A DNA stretch of 64,000 bases from NCBI GenBank assembly GCA_051294375.1, contig CM119268.1, positions 12,779,770-12,843,769 on the forward strand. Direction: 5' to 3'. Shown here in pieces: positions 1-64,000 of the stretch. Every line of letters begins with the position of its first letter. Position 1 is the stretch's first letter. The notes under the pieces are model-generated. The model saw nothing but the letters and a program-made list of their open reading frames with translations, searched no databases and was not told the DNA's origin. The translations under genes were made by a program, and so were the position numbers. The stretch is from Paraspadella gotoi. Taxonomy: Eukaryota > Animalia > Chaetognatha.

Positions 1-120
1 ACATTTACTAAAATTCGTCGTTATTTATATTTTTTAGTCTCTCGCGATCGAGGAGAAAATCTGCTCGGATCAATGGGATCAACTATTAACATCACCTGAA
101 TTGATGATCAGCGAGCGAGC

Positions 121-168
<48 letters not shown>

Positions 169-340
169 CACTGCGCTATTTCTAGAAAACCACATCCAAG
201 CGACCCTTTACGTCCCCATGGCACCGCGAGTGACGTCGGCGCGATGGGGGCCAGAGTTGACAACCGAGAGAAAACACTGGTTGCCTCGGTTGCGTCCCTC
301 TCTCTCCGCCGACGAGCGGCCTTTATTCCCTTCTGCTGAT

Positions 341-420
341 CTCTCTTCCTACGTCCCTCCACATCCCTCTCTTCCCAACTCCCTCCACACCCCCTCTCTT
401 CCTACGTCCCTCCACACCCC
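341..420. repeat. ~26-bp pyrimidine-rich tandem repeat, 3 copies
   Basis: ctctcttcctacgtccctccaca recurs at ~341, ~367 and ~394. Confidence 0.75.
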
Positions 421-3400
421 CGATAACTACCCTCTCCCTCTGCGTGATTTGTTTTCGTTTTCCCCGATTCCTCGATTGTTTCGTTCCGCGCCGGAGTGAA
501 ATCCCGTATCGGGATTCGCGTCGGAATAAAAATCCAAGTTTTTTTGGCGCCGGTGTAAATCCCGCACCTCGGCGAAATCGCGCCGGTGCGAATCCCTGGA
601 CCGAAATTTGCGCGGGCGCGCAACAGTTTCCATCAGTTTTTTTTTTTTTAATTGCTGTGAAAGCGCAAGGTCGGAAAATGGATCGTGATTTGTTTGGCGT
701 CCACTTTAATGAAGCCTGTGTTGCCGCTTGATTCTTGAAAGCTNNNNNNNNNNNNNNNNTTTTTTTTTTTTTGTTATTAAATCCCTCGCGCCAGACATCC
801 AGACATCCGGACTCCCCGATACTGGGACGCGGACAGAAACTGCAAATGGCCTCTCCCGACTCTTCCTCTTTCTTCTACGAAACTCGGTTTTTCCAAGTCG
901 GCTCACGCTCCCATATTTTACGTTTTGCCGATAAAAACGAAATTTTTGTTTCTGTCCGCCATAAACCAAAAAAAAAGGGTGAAAATCCGATATTTGGCGT
1001 CCGTCGATCCGTCGCATCCCTCGCTTAATCCTCGATGCGGGGCCAACTCGACAAGTGGCGACAAAAAAAACTCTAGCCAGAAACGCGTGTTTCGAGAGAA
1101 ACGTGCCTTTTCGTCGGCTCGCGTTTTTAAATGAGTTTTTTCTTCCCTTTTTCTTGTACACGCCGCACTTATACTAACACTATCATGACAACGTGACTGC
1201 TGACGGACGGGGTGTGGTCACGAATCCACGGTGCCTCAGAATCGACTCGATAGGCAATGGGTAGAGGAAACAACACTCCAGAGAAAAAAAGTGTTTGAAT
1301 TGTCGACCACTGGGGGGGGGGTGTTCTCCACACAAGATGGAGAGGACGATGCACCACTGGGTGTGACGGCGGGCGCCGGCCGGGCTTGAGAAGCACGAAA
1401 CCCTCTAACGCGTAGACCACAATGTCAGTTAACCACAGGGCGGCACGGTCAACCACAATAAAGCCCACAGTGAATATGTGCATACGAATAGAGATTAGAA
1501 CAAACACTCGAACACGTACTTTCTTATTTAATATTTAATATGTAACACGATGCTCACAAGGCTGTAACATAGAATTCAATGATATTAATTAATAATCAAA
1601 CAATAAACGAATATTATGCATCGGTAAACAATGAGTCTTTAGATGATGTTCTTCACAGCATTGTCTCCATCAGCCGGGTACGCGCTCGGCCACGCCTCCC
1701 TCCTTCCTTTCGCTACACACGGCGGGGATTTTTTCTTTTCGTGTTTTCTTTCCGACCTCACCCGCTTTATCTCTTGTTTTTGATCAACCGACTTTTTTCA
1801 TATAGAGCGCGGATGAATAACCCATGAAAAAATAGTTCCCCTTGCATATTTTAGTTTTTCTCTCGCATTTCAATTTTCATACGGCTGAACGGAAAAGGGA
1901 GATTAGGGCGCCAAGGGGGCGGAAAGAGAGAGAGAGAGAGAGCGCACACACACAACACTCTCTCCATATCGTCCCCATACTCTCAACATCCACGATTCGC
2001 CAAATATTTTTTTACAGTCGAGTTTTGAAGCCCGCCTGAGTCTGAAAACCTATTATCGGGGGACCTCTGGGAAAAGGGGTTGGGCAGGGTAAGGCAGTTG
2101 GGTAAGTTCGTTGGGAAGCGTTCGACGGAGCGAGTTTTTGACTGGGCGCGCGCGTTAGTGAGACCGTTTGCTCAGTTGTCAGGGCGAGAAGATGGAGGAC
2201 CGCGTTTTAAGTGGTTGCCGAATGTGGATTGTTCGCGTTGTCAGCCTTCGGAGACGGTTTTTGACTCCAAAAAAGAGGGAAGAGTAACTTTACATGATTT
2301 GCGACTTAGTTGTACGAGATTGGGAGTTATGAAAGCTTATTCGAATTGAAATTGGCACTGTCGAGTTTGTTAATTAACGTTAATGATACTGAAGTCGATT
2401 GAATCTAAGATTCGAAAGTATTATAAAACTTTATTTACACAATGAACTGGCTATCGGAGCTCACCAACGGTTTCTCACACATATCTCTTTCTCTCAACCC
2501 ACTACCGAGCATTCGGTTTCTGTCAGGTCGAATCCGCTGTTTTGTATTCAGTTCCAGTTATCTGTCATATCAATACATCTTCCTCTTTCTCTCTTTCCCT
2601 CCGCCCTACCGGCCTACCACCCCGTCCCTTGCGTTTCTCATTCCGCTGCTTTCCCCCCCCCTACTCCTCCCCCCCAACGGGAAAAAAAAATCATCGTTGA
2701 GAGAAAATATTTCCCTCGTATTTTGAAGATGTCCTCGGGAGCTTTTCCGCCGGGGGTGGATATCGTGAGAGGGTGGATATCGTTAGAGGGTGGAGGGAAA
2801 GTCCGAGGGACGGGTTATGGGTAGGAGAGAGCAAACTGAATGTCCGATGTTGGCCGTTATCTTGGGAGGGGATATATTTCTTTATAGGGTCCACGAGGTG
2901 AGGGAAGAGGAAGACTGTCTTAGGATTGAGAGGGAGAGAGAGAGAGAGAGGCAGGCGTCCGAAGCACTTCCCATGGTGCATACAAGGAACTCGGTTGTTT
3001 TGCCTGGCGAGTCCGTGGTACTGGTTTTAAGTGAATTTTTGCTTTGTTTACTAGAGGCTCGCCTCCTACCTAACATTGAGAGTCTTGATTGAAAACTTGC
3101 AGGGACCTGCTATGTCATTATCTTGTAAGAGTGATGGAGGCCTTAAACCACCAAAGCCTGTCGAACGTCAGATGCAAGATAGCTTATTTATTAAATGAAT
3201 GGATAATTTATATAATATTTGTACAAATTTCATATGAATAAATATTGAGTCATCTTTGTTTAAGTGACTTAGACAATGTCGAACGAAGCCACGACCTGTT
3301 CCGCCCTTCTTCGACGTGTTCGCTTCTTCTTCCATCTCGGCGTCCGTCCCCTCTTTTTTCCGGCGAAGGTGTTAATCGGCGCCGTCTCGGAACCGCAGGA

Positions 3401-4409
3401 TTTATTCTGCGTCGATCAGCGTTTTTTTTTTCGAGTGGGTGGGTCCGGAAGTGGCGTTGGCGTTTCTCGCTTCGAGCGGCGCCACTGGAGATGGCGTCTC
3501 GGCGATGCAAGTGGCGGGGAGAGCGGCGTCTTAACGATAATGGGCGCGGCTCGGCGTCCAATCACGCGCGTCGTGGAAGAAAAACGCGATGGCGTTCTCG
3601 TTGGCTTTGATCTTTCTTCTCATACGAAGTAACAAGGGCGAAGGGTTACAGTAACTATGGTGACGAATTTGTAAACAGGTTTGTTTCTTAAGTTCTTCAC
3701 TGTGGTTGTATTAGGTTAAATATAAAGACTCAACATTTTCTTTCCGTACGGTCGCTCACACGCATCTCGCGTTTCCTTTCCCAATACGCATTTTATGCAC
3801 GTCCCGCGGACGCTGTCTTGTTTTTCCTCGACATTGACGTTGTCGTTGTCGTCGTCCTCGTCGTTGTCGTTGTCGATTAGTTGTTGGGGTACAAAAGTCC
3901 AAAGAATTTCTTATATCTCAAAATTTATTTATTATAGATGGACAATGAAAGAAGTAGGTTTTTTTTCGCAACGAAATTTTTCATTAATTTAAGTAAATAT
4001 TTTAAATGAGTCACGAAACAAAATGCCAAACTTAACTGTATTACGCACTCCAAACATAGCTCTCTGTGATCGTCGCCGTCGTCGTCGTCGTCGTCGTCGT
4101 CTACCCCCTTCGGTCTCACGCTCGATTGTTTCGAAATGCGAGATTTCGTTCGATCGGAAAATCCTTTCAACGTTTTGCTTCATAGCGAGATTTTCTGAGT
4201 AGCGTTTTTGCTTTTTACGAGTTGGAAAGTAGCCCGTAGTTTTTGTATATATATATTTGTTTTTGTTTATGTTTTAAAGAAATGAAACTTGGGATTTGTT
4301 GTTTAGATAATGAGCAATCGCCTATCGCATTAGTGCCGCTATGTGTTGTTTATCTAGCTTCAACGTGACCGACCCACCCAACCCTTCCCTCCCGCTCCCA
4401 CCCTCGCAG

Positions 4410-54617
<50,208 letters not shown>

Positions 54618-55892
54618 ACTGGTTAAAAGATTTATTACAAAAGTTCGACGTTTGAAATATTTTTTAAGAATTAACTTGGAGGAGCTAAGCAAGAAAAAAA
54701 AGCGTTATGGAAAATAAAATAGATTTTTAGGGTCAAATTAATCTTGATGATTAGTATCTGTTTTATTCGGTGGCAGCCTTCAAGTAATCGACCGACTTCA
54801 GTACAGTAGCTATTTCCTTTCCGACAAAAAACCTAAAAAAAAATAATATTAAACCTACCCGTACCTCTTTATACCGGATAACTGTAAAATCTCGATAATC
54901 CTCTCTCTCTCTCTCTCTTTTTTTTTTCTCTCTCTCTCTATTTTCTCTCTCTCTTGCTCTCGCGCTCTTTTTCACAACATTCTTTCAACCCTTAAAAAAC
55001 GAGCGATGCATGTTTTACCGCTAAATTAAACGTCATGGAGTCATTTTTCTCGAATCGAAATGGCGGTCAAATAAACGTGATAAAACTAAGAGGCGATTCC
55101 AAATCGCCCCTCCGCTATTTCTCTATTTTCTCTTTCTTGGAAACTCCTTTAGAATTTTTGTTTCCCCCCCCCCTTTTCTCGCCCCATTTTCAAAATAAAC
55201 GCCGTCGTTCCCGTGAAATGTCGGTTTTTTCTTCTCCCGATCTCATCGAATCCGAAATTTAAAATTAAATAATACTTCGTTTTTTGTTGATTACTTATCT
55301 CTTAGATCTGATTATTTGTAAAAAAAAAGATTGTGATAAATTTGAATCTCGTTCATTAAATTTTACATAACGTTTAAAGCGAATTTTCTGAATTTTTGAC
55401 AGTCACATTCTCGATTAAATTAGGTTAGGTCGTTGCTCAGATTGTAACTACGTAAATTTAACAGGAGCATTGCCCATTTTGTAAAACGCTTTTTTGTTTT
55501 TTGTTTTTTTTTTGTCCAGTCGTGGCCTTTGTAATATTCTTGTTTTTAAACATAAGGTAAACCTATCGATACTTATCAGTAAGTATGTCCAGCAAAAATA
55601 TTTTTAGATAGCTAAATAGTCGTCAAATTAATAGCTAGATTTGCAGCGAAACTTAGATTAAAATGATTTGTTTTGAGATATGGTCACTTTACTGTATATT
55701 CATCTACACAGCAATAGAACTTCAACCTCCAATATAAGATAAATAATGTCATCGTCATTAAGGAGATTAATAAAGCATAAAAATAGTGTAAATCCCTCAT
55801 CTCACCCGGATTTAACTTTATAGAAAAACATTTGTATTTTCATTTTCTTAACGACTTGAAAAGCGTCTTCGCTTTACTTTCATAAATTACGA

Positions 55893-58679
55893 TTAATACT
55901 GAACGTGCTTAAACTTTGTGACGTCATTGGCGTCCACCTGCGCCACGTAAACGGCGCCGTCTACGGGCGACACGTCCGACGTCGTGCGGCATCTCGCCGA
56001 ATCCGACTCGACGCCGCGGAGATGACGATGTCGTCTTCGTCCACCGCTCCAACGTCTCGCCACTCTCTAAGTCCACTGTGAACCCTTGACTGGGGGTCTC
56101 ACCCACAGTGGATGAAAGAGCGTACATGACGCCTAGAGAGAGAGAGAAGAGAATCAGAAGAAAGAAAAAAGAAAATAAATATAAAAATAAATAAATATAA
56201 TAATTAATATATTAATTGAGCGTCAAGCGTCCACCTTACCCAGCTTTGGCGAAACAGTCACGGCGAAGATTCGCCCGAATTTGTCGTCGGCGTAGATTCG
56301 TTTGGTTCGTCCGGCATTTTCCGGTTTTCTGAGTCCGGCGTCGAAGGCGACGATTCGTTGATTTTCTCGGTCCGCCACCAACAACGTGTCGCTGAGCGAG
56401 ATTGAGATTGTAATCATGACAAGTGTTACTGCAGTGGCTTTTTAAACTATTAAAAATATTATCGTGAAAACCTTTCAAATGTTTAGAATGGGTCTTTTCG
56501 CTATTTCAATATCGGATAAATGCCTTTTCTCGATACCTTTGATTGTTTGAGTAGTGGTCTTCTTTGGTTAATATTTCGAAGCATAAAGCTAGTAATCGTA
56601 AAAACTTCTCAAAGCACTCGGGCTTAAAAGTTTGTCGGTAATTAAAAGCAATTCTCTCAAAAATACAAACATTGAACTGTAATAGAGTAAGTAATTTAAC
56701 CCAGTGTTGTGTAGATGCACCCTCTATTTCCAGAAGACAACACTAACGTCCTCATCCCAAACAGATAAATAATATTACATTTAAATATTTAACACAAAAA
56801 TATTTTAACAAATAAATAAAATCATAAATAATAGTTATTTTAAATCTAAAAAATGAAAAATAAAGATAGTAAAATAAGTAATTTTGCAACTTTTATAGGT
56901 AATTTAACAAAAATCACTTGACTCCCTCCCGAATTCAACACGCAATAGCTCAGCAATCAGCTGCAATCACTCGTGTACCGAGTTTCGTCCAAGTGTACAC
57001 TGTGAGGGATGCTGAGAGTGTCCAGCGGAGCTCGAGGTCCGAGCTGTTGAGCCGTCGTTTTTTTACCCCAAATTTTAAGCAGTTTACCGGTCTTGTCGAA
57101 TTTTAGGATTCTGAGAGAGAGGAAACTCAGGCTTGTTAAATATTTTCATTACTCGCTCAATATTTACCGTCGGTTAGATCACCTGGAATTGCAATAGCCG
57201 TCGGCGACGAATATTTCACCGGAAGTGGCAACGGCGATGTCGGTCGGTTTGCAGAAGTGAGCCTCGTCGTGGCCGGAAACTAGTTTTTCGCCGAGAATCA
57301 GCGCCGGTTTTTGTCGATCGTTCCACGTGAATTTGAAAACCTTTAAAAATACGAAGCAAATCGTGCAAACACCGTTCACTCAAAGGGGTGAAACATAACA
57401 TAACAGAATGGAAATATTTTCCCCCTTCACTTGGTGCGTGGCGATGTCGGTGATCCAAAAGTTTCCCTCGTGATCGAGGGTTATTCCGTGCGGCATGTAG
57501 AAAAGATTTCCGCCCCAGGGTTTCCGGTGCTCCTCTCCTGATGAAAGTTTTACGTTTTAGTTCTTTCCAATTTGCTTTTTTAAAGACAACACCAGATAAA
57601 AACCTGTTTTTGGGTCGATGGAGAGAACGACATTCTCCGATATGGGTTTCAAGTCCTTCTTGGTTTCACCGTCCATGCCGAAAGCTTCGAACCACTGGCG
57701 CCCGCCACGATGGATCACGTGAACGATACCTGTAATGAAGACATCAATCAAAATACATTTATATGATTTTTCTTTTCTTTCTTTCTTTATCTTTTTTTTC
57801 TTTCTTTCTTTCTTTCTTTCTTTCTTTTTCTTTTTTTCTTTCTTTCTTTCTTTCTTGCTTTCTTTCTTTCTTTCTTTATTTCTTACCTTTCTTACAAACC
57901 CCGACTCCCGACACTTGGCCAAGTTTTTTTGAGACGTTGGTCTTTGGCCAATCGGCGACCAGTTCGAGGTGCCCAACGTCCACCATCTTCTTTTCTTGTC
58001 GCTCCAAGAATGAGTGAAGCTCTGCCCAACGAGACGGCTGCTCCATGTCGAGCATCAAATTGTCGAGGACAGACATCTGAAGGCAAAAAGGGAGTGACAG
58101 TGTATGAGTTAGAAAGTTTTGATTAAAATATTTATTATTCATATAATAAACTTTAACTGACGTCTCCATTTCCAGCTCCGTTGTCCTCTTCTTCGTAAAA
58201 TCCCACGGCGTCACCAACAACGCCGGGAATTTCTGGATAACCACCGTAAAGAAAACCGTCATTCTCCGGATATGCGTCCACTTGCAGGGAAGAACCGTAG
58301 AAACTGGAAAAAAGTTTTGTTTTTCATTTCAATATCTAAAAAACACATGAAAAAAACCTCTCAATCAATCTCTCCAGTCCAGTCCACCTTGGTCGACGTC
58401 GGGAGTCGTCGGCGCCGTCTTCGATGCCATCGAAAAATTCCTCGGCGCCCCGGTAGTGACTGATTGAAGAACTTCCTGGAACTGTCGAAAAAAAACCACA
58501 GCAACAGTTTTAGGGAGCTTTCAAAATTAAAACGTTACTCAAATAGTCACCACCGCTCAAGCCTAAAGATATTTTTAAAATGCCTTACGTTCGTTAGGTA
58601 GAACAAATAACTCCACAGCGGGTAAAAAATGGTGGACACTGTGAAGAAACAGAGCGATGACGATGGAAAAACGAGCCAT
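55893..58679 (-). CDS. PAL: Peptidyl-alpha-hydroxyglycine alpha-amidating lyase (monofunctional PAL, NHL-repeat propeller)
   Basis: Exons 58679-58589, 58481-58388 (donor uncertain), 58303-58162, 58076-57887, 57729-57604, 57537-57431, 57340-57183, 57110-56979, 56391-56240, 56132-55893. Motifs LGQVSGV, WG..FYMPHGITLD.EGNFWITD..HQVFK, HFCKPTDIAV, VADGYCNSR, IPHS, VADRENQRI, MPHDV. Hydrophobic N-terminus. Single-base frameshifts in two 3' exons are probably sequence errors. Confidence 0.92.
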
Positions 58680-60274
58680 AATTGTGACGCGGATCGACTC
58701 AGATGCAGTAGTCTTAAGAATTTGACGTCGTCGTTCCGTCAGTCCGGTCGCCCTGTCTCGTGACGGCTACGTTTCCATATTGCGACCGCCAGGCGGCAAG
58801 TCATTTCGTTAAGCTGTTCGGAAAAAAGACTAGAAAGTGGATAAAGAGTAAATATAAGAAGCCCAAGCAAAAAATATAAAAAAATTACCTTTGATTGTCA
58901 CAGGAGCACAACTGATAAAAAATTACACCTTCAAAGGTCGTTTGTGAGTGGGCGTATTGCGTGGTGACGTCGGTGTTGGCCGGAAATACGTTTTAACGAA
59001 TAGGCAAAGGAAGAGGAAGAAACACGCGCTGATGGTTGGGAAGAAGAGGAAGAGATGGAAGTAAGAAGAGGCGGTGAAAGCGGAAGAGGAAAAGCCTGCG
59101 GTCTCGAGAGTGGAATCGAATTAACATCTGGAAGAAATTCGCCATGGTATCTTCATAGGTCCCCTCGTGCAACGCCAAGGCGTTTGACGCAAGCGGTGAC
59201 GTCATTGGAATCAAATGAAATTCAATGATCAACATTGGGTTTGCTGAGATTTATATTAACCTTATAGAGGGCCGGGGGAAATCAGAAAAAAAGTATATGA
59301 TCTTTCCTTTTCACCTAAATCATAACTTCAAAATTGAGCAATAGGCCTTCCCTATATATTAATATACAAAATATAACAAAACGAATAAAAAAATTACTTA
59401 AAGAACACCTCCGAAGTAACCCATAATGACAAAATCCAATAATACTTATAAATAAAAAAAAAAAACTTGAGAAGCTTCCTTACTTCCTTTTTCGGTATAT
59501 TTCTAATTTATCATCAAACGTACTGAAGTAATAATGCATTTTGCTAAATAATTGTTATCTTATCTTATTTTATCCTATGTTTATTATTGAATTATTGCCT
59601 AGAAAATCTTCAATCATAGTTCATGCTCGTTCCTTCGGTATGAAATCGTACAACCAAGATAAAAACTATTCAATTGTTCAATATATATTAAATATTGGTC
59701 GTACCAATTTCTTAAGTTTTCTTGTCTTTTTAAACATTTCTAAGCATGTTTCTTTTCACTGAACATTTCTGAGCATGATCACTTTTTTCTTTTTTCTTTT
59801 AAATAAAAACAGCGACATCTGTTTTTTCTTTCTTTTCATTTTTCTTTATTCTTTGGTTGTCCCGGAAATCAGGGCGGAATCGCTAGGAACAAAAGCGCAG
59901 CTCAAAATAAAAATGTGGTGGCGTGACTTTTACTCATAAATGCCAGTTTTTGCTATTTCATCGTAATACATTCGTGTTACCTCTATGAGATAAGCTATAA
60001 TTTGTCATTATACATATCTATCCAGCTTTTTGTTAGACCGCCCATGGTCTTGTATTAATTTCTGTTGTTCTTCAGTAAGCCTTTATTTAGAATTTATTGA
60101 CATTTTCGCTTAATTTCTATTTAAAAAACGCGATTTTTTTCGTTTTCAAATCCAATGTCTTAGTTTTAATCCTTGAAGAGGAACGGTCTCTCAAAACTGA
60201 ACTTTAATCCATTCTAAAGAACAAAAATTAGTCGATAAATTCCTTATATTCGTGAAATTTATTTGCCGATCACA

Positions 60275-62527
60275 ATGTCTGACGAAAAAAAGAATCCGGC
60301 AGGAAAGATTGAGGAGGGTGAAACCAAAAAGAAAGTGGAAGAGCCCGAATTGACGGAGGAAGACAAAGCTCTGCAAGATGAATTAAACATGTTGGTGGAC
60401 CGGTTGGAAGAACCGAAACAAGAACTGTATAAAAACGCTTTGGAACAGCTTCGTACTCATATAAGATCGTCAACATCATCCATGACTTCCGTTCCCAAGC
60501 CGCTCAAGTTTCTCCGCGAGCACTATGACCGACTGAAGAAAATTTATGAAAATATCGTCGATCCGGAAACTAAGAAGTTTTGCGCTGACGTTATTTCGGT
60601 TTTGGCTATGACCAACACCGAAGGGCAGGAGACGCTTAAATATCGTTTGCTTGGGTCACACGAAGACATCGGAACCTGGGGACACGAATACGTGCGTCAT
60701 CTGGCGGGCGAGATTGCGGTAGAATGGAACGCGGAGGAGATTGACAAGCAATCCCTGACCAAATTGGCGCTTGAGATCGTTCCCTTCAACATGGCTCATA
60801 ATGCGGAAGCGGAGGCTTGCGATCTGCTGATGGAGATAGAAAAGCTCGACGAGTTGGACAAGTTCATGGACAAAGAGGTCTTTCAACGCGTTTGTCTTTA
60901 CCTTGTATCCTGCGTGAATTACGTGCCAGAACCCGAAGATTCGGAGCTTCTGAAAACGGCGACGCGAATTTATCGGCGATTCGATCGTCTTCCCGAAGCT
61001 ATGCGATGCGCGATGCAGCTCAATGACTTGGAGCTCATGAAGAAAATTTTTCTGGATAGCGGAAAAACCGACCTTCTCGTGCAAAAGCAGTTGGCTTTTA
61101 TGCTCGGCCGACAGCAGCACTTTGTCGAGTTGCAAGAAGAGGCGGACAACTTCGACGATCTCGTTGAGATCATGTCCAACGGGCATCTTAATACCAACTT
61201 TTTGGCTTTAGGGCGAGAGCTTGACATTCTGGAACCCAAGACCCCTGAAGACGTTTACAAGTCGCATCTGGAAAACCAAAGGCCTTTTGGAGGAAGTTCA
61301 AGTCAGGTGGACTCGGCCCGTCAAAACCTTGCTTCTTCATTCGTAAATGGATTTGTTAACGCCGCCTTCGGGACGGACAAACTTCTCACTGAAGAGGGAA
61401 ACAAGTGGCTCTACAAAAACAAGGAGCATGGAATGCTGAGCGCCATGGCCTCTCTGGGCCTGCTGTTGCTGTGGGATGTAGACGGCGGTCTGACGCAGGT
61501 CGACAAATACCTTTATTCTTCGGAGGAATACATCAAAAGCGGGGCTCTTCTGGCTTGCGGCATTGTCAATACTTGCGTCAGAAATGAATGCGATCCTGCC
61601 TTGGCGCTTCTTTCCGACTACGTCAAGCATTCGTCCAGCATCATGAGGATCGGTTCTATTTTGGGATTGGGTCTTGCTTATGCTGGATCGAACCGAGAAG
61701 ATATTCTCATGCTGTTGCAACCCGTTTTCGAAGATCAGCAATCTTCAATGGAGGTGGTCGGCATCGCTTCGTTGGCTTGTGGTCTAATCGCCGTCGGTTC
61801 GTGCAATGGTGACCTCTCTACTGCCTTGTTGTCCACTCTTATGAGCAAGTCGGAGCTGGAGCTCAAGGATACTTACGCGCGATTTATCTCGTTGGCCTTG
61901 GGCCTTATTCATCTTGGAAAGCAAGAAGCTGCGGATGTGCTTCTTTCTTCTCTTGAAGTGTTACAGGATCCAATGAAATCGGTCTCCAAAGTGATGGTGG
62001 AAATGTGCGCCTATGCTGGAACCGGAAATGTTCTTAAAGTCCAGGAACTATTGCATATTTGCAGCGAGCACTACGGCGAAAAAACTGGAGGTGACAACAA
62101 CAACGAAGATAAAAAAGAGAAAAAAGACGAGGAAAAAAAAGAGGAAAAAGAAAGGGCTGCAGAGATGGGACAACAGCAGGCGGTTGCAGTTTTGGGTATT
62201 GCTCTCATCGCGATGGGCGAAGACATTGGATCCGAAATGGCCTTTAGAGCCATGGGGCATCTTCTTCGTTACGGGGAGTTGGTCATTCGCAGAGCAGTTC
62301 CACTTGCCCTTGCTTTGCTGTCTCCTTCCAACCCGAAACTCAATATTCTGGACACCCTGTCCAAGTTTTCACATGACAGCGATCCAGAAGTTGCTCACAA
62401 TGCAATCTTCGCCATGGGCATTGTAGGCGCGGGAACGAACAATGCCCGGTTGGCGGCAATGTTACGTCAATTGGCGCAGTATCATCAAAAAGACGCCAAT
62501 AATCTCTTCATGGTTCGACTCGCGCAG
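60275..62527 (+). CDS. PSMD2: 26S proteasome non-ATPase regulatory subunit 2 (Rpn1), exon 1
   Basis: [69 protein letters not shown]; ATG 60275, donor CAG|gtaaaa. Confidence 0.98.
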
Positions 62528-62591
62528 GTAAAAATAAAAGCGCTTGTCATATTTCATGATAAATTAGCTAATTTTTAAAACATTTTCTTAG

Positions 62592-63029
62592 GGTCTAACT
62601 CATTTGGGAAAAGGAACCTTAACGCTTTCGCCATACCACTTCGACCGATCGCTGTTAAGTCCCGTGGCTTTGGCCGGCCTTCTCTCGGTCATGGTATCTT
62701 TCCTGGACGTCAAGAATGTAATTCTCGGCAAAAGCCACTATCTTCTATATTGCCTGACCACGGCGATGTATCCGCGAATGCTGGTCACTTTCGACGAAGA
62801 GATGCGGCCCGTTCCCGTTACGGTCAGAGTCGGTCAAGCGGTCGATGTCGTTGGCCAAGCCGGAAAGCCAAAGACCATCACTGGTTTTCAGACCCACACA
62901 ACTCCCGTCTTGCTGGCGTACGGCGAAAGAGCGGAACTGGCCACTGAGGAATATCTTTCTCTGACGCCAATTATGGAAGGATTTTGCATCCTTCGAAAGA
63001 ACCCTGACTATGAAGCAGAAGTTGCCTAA
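62592..63029 (+). CDS. PSMD2: PSMD2/Rpn1 exon 2
   Basis: After a 64-nt intron: [16 protein letters not shown]...[31 protein letters not shown]...[11 protein letters not shown]. Confidence 0.98.
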   Translation, partial: GLTHLGKGTLTLSPYHFDRSLLSPVALAGLLSVMVSFLDVKNVILGKSHYLLYCLTTAMYPRMLVTFDEEMRPVPVTVRVGQAVDVVGQAGKPKTITGFQTHTTPVLLAYGERAELATEEYLSLTPIMEGFCILRKNPDYEAEVA

Positions 63030-63128
63030 CGTATCTTAACCGATTAGTCTGCTCTCTTTAGACTTTTTCAATCATTATGTTAATGAGATAATTCGTAATT
63101 TCTATTTAAATATTTGCGAACTTATTTT

Positions 63129-63134
63129 AATAAA
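63129..63134 (+). terminator. Candidate polyadenylation signal of PSMD2
   Basis: AATAAA about 100 nt after the stop and before the RSPRY1 start. Confidence 0.5.
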
Positions 63135-63321
63135 AAATGTAAATAACTCCGCAAACACTGAGTGGATATAGTGATCTAGTAAATGTTTTGCTCTGCTTCA
63201 AACATTTTTTTTGTTCATAATTTTAATCTATTCCTAAACAAAAACTCTTTGATAGAACCAAGTTTGTCGAATAACAATAGAACGCTAAAAACTTTTCATT
63301 TATGGGATATAAGCTTGAGAA

Positions 63322-64000
<679 letters not shown>

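Noticed and set aside
1155-1570. Solo LTR (TG...CA-like ends, AATAAA)
   Set aside because: No target-site duplication, second LTR, primer-binding site or internal domain found
2018-3092. Upstream aminopeptidase exons or a retroelement fragment
   Set aside because: No GAMENWG or other M1 motif, and no reverse transcriptase or endonuclease motif in the frames I read
55924-57110. Programmed frameshifting or pseudogenisation of PAL
   Set aside because: The shifts lie in the low-accuracy part of the assembly and all catalytic motifs are intact
58993-59235. 80-aa minus-strand ORF upstream of PAL
   Set aside because: No recognisable motifs and partly low complexity; more likely PAL 5' UTR or promoter
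60270-62426. Antisense and alternative-frame ORFs over PSMD2 (and similarly over the kelch gene)
   Set aside because: Shadows of strongly coding sequence

Overview
Eukaryotic (invertebrate-type animal) genomic DNA: AT-rich, spliceosomal GT-AG introns, many (GA/CT)n microsatellites and four N gaps. Five genes are supported. (1) A + strand M1 zinc aminopeptidase (aminopeptidase N-like) with 12 visible exons from 4410 to the stop at 54617; its 5' exons lie upstream of the window. (2) An antisense gene nested in one of its introns (12249->8256), 4 exons, about 1156 aa, with a Tyr/Arg-rich repeat N-terminus, an unrecognised middle region and a KLHDC1/2-like kelch propeller that lacks the BC-box. 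(3) A stand-alone amidating lyase PAL on the - strand (58679->55893). (4) PSMD2/Rpn1 (60275-63029). (5) The 5' part of RSPRY1 (63322->window end). From about 26.0 to 57.0 kb the same locus appears two to three times, with many single-base indels between copies: a ~14 kb tandem copy, a ~3 kb inverted copy and a ~1 kb tandem copy. This is probably unpolished long reads or two haplotypes joined by the assembler. Comparing the copies reveals three presence/absence insertions: a hAT-like MITE, a TA-flanked TIR element and a Helentron-like element. A speculative second + strand gene may be interleaved between aminopeptidase exons at 19.5-24.5 kb. All gene models were read by eye and family calls are from recalled motifs; no database search was run.
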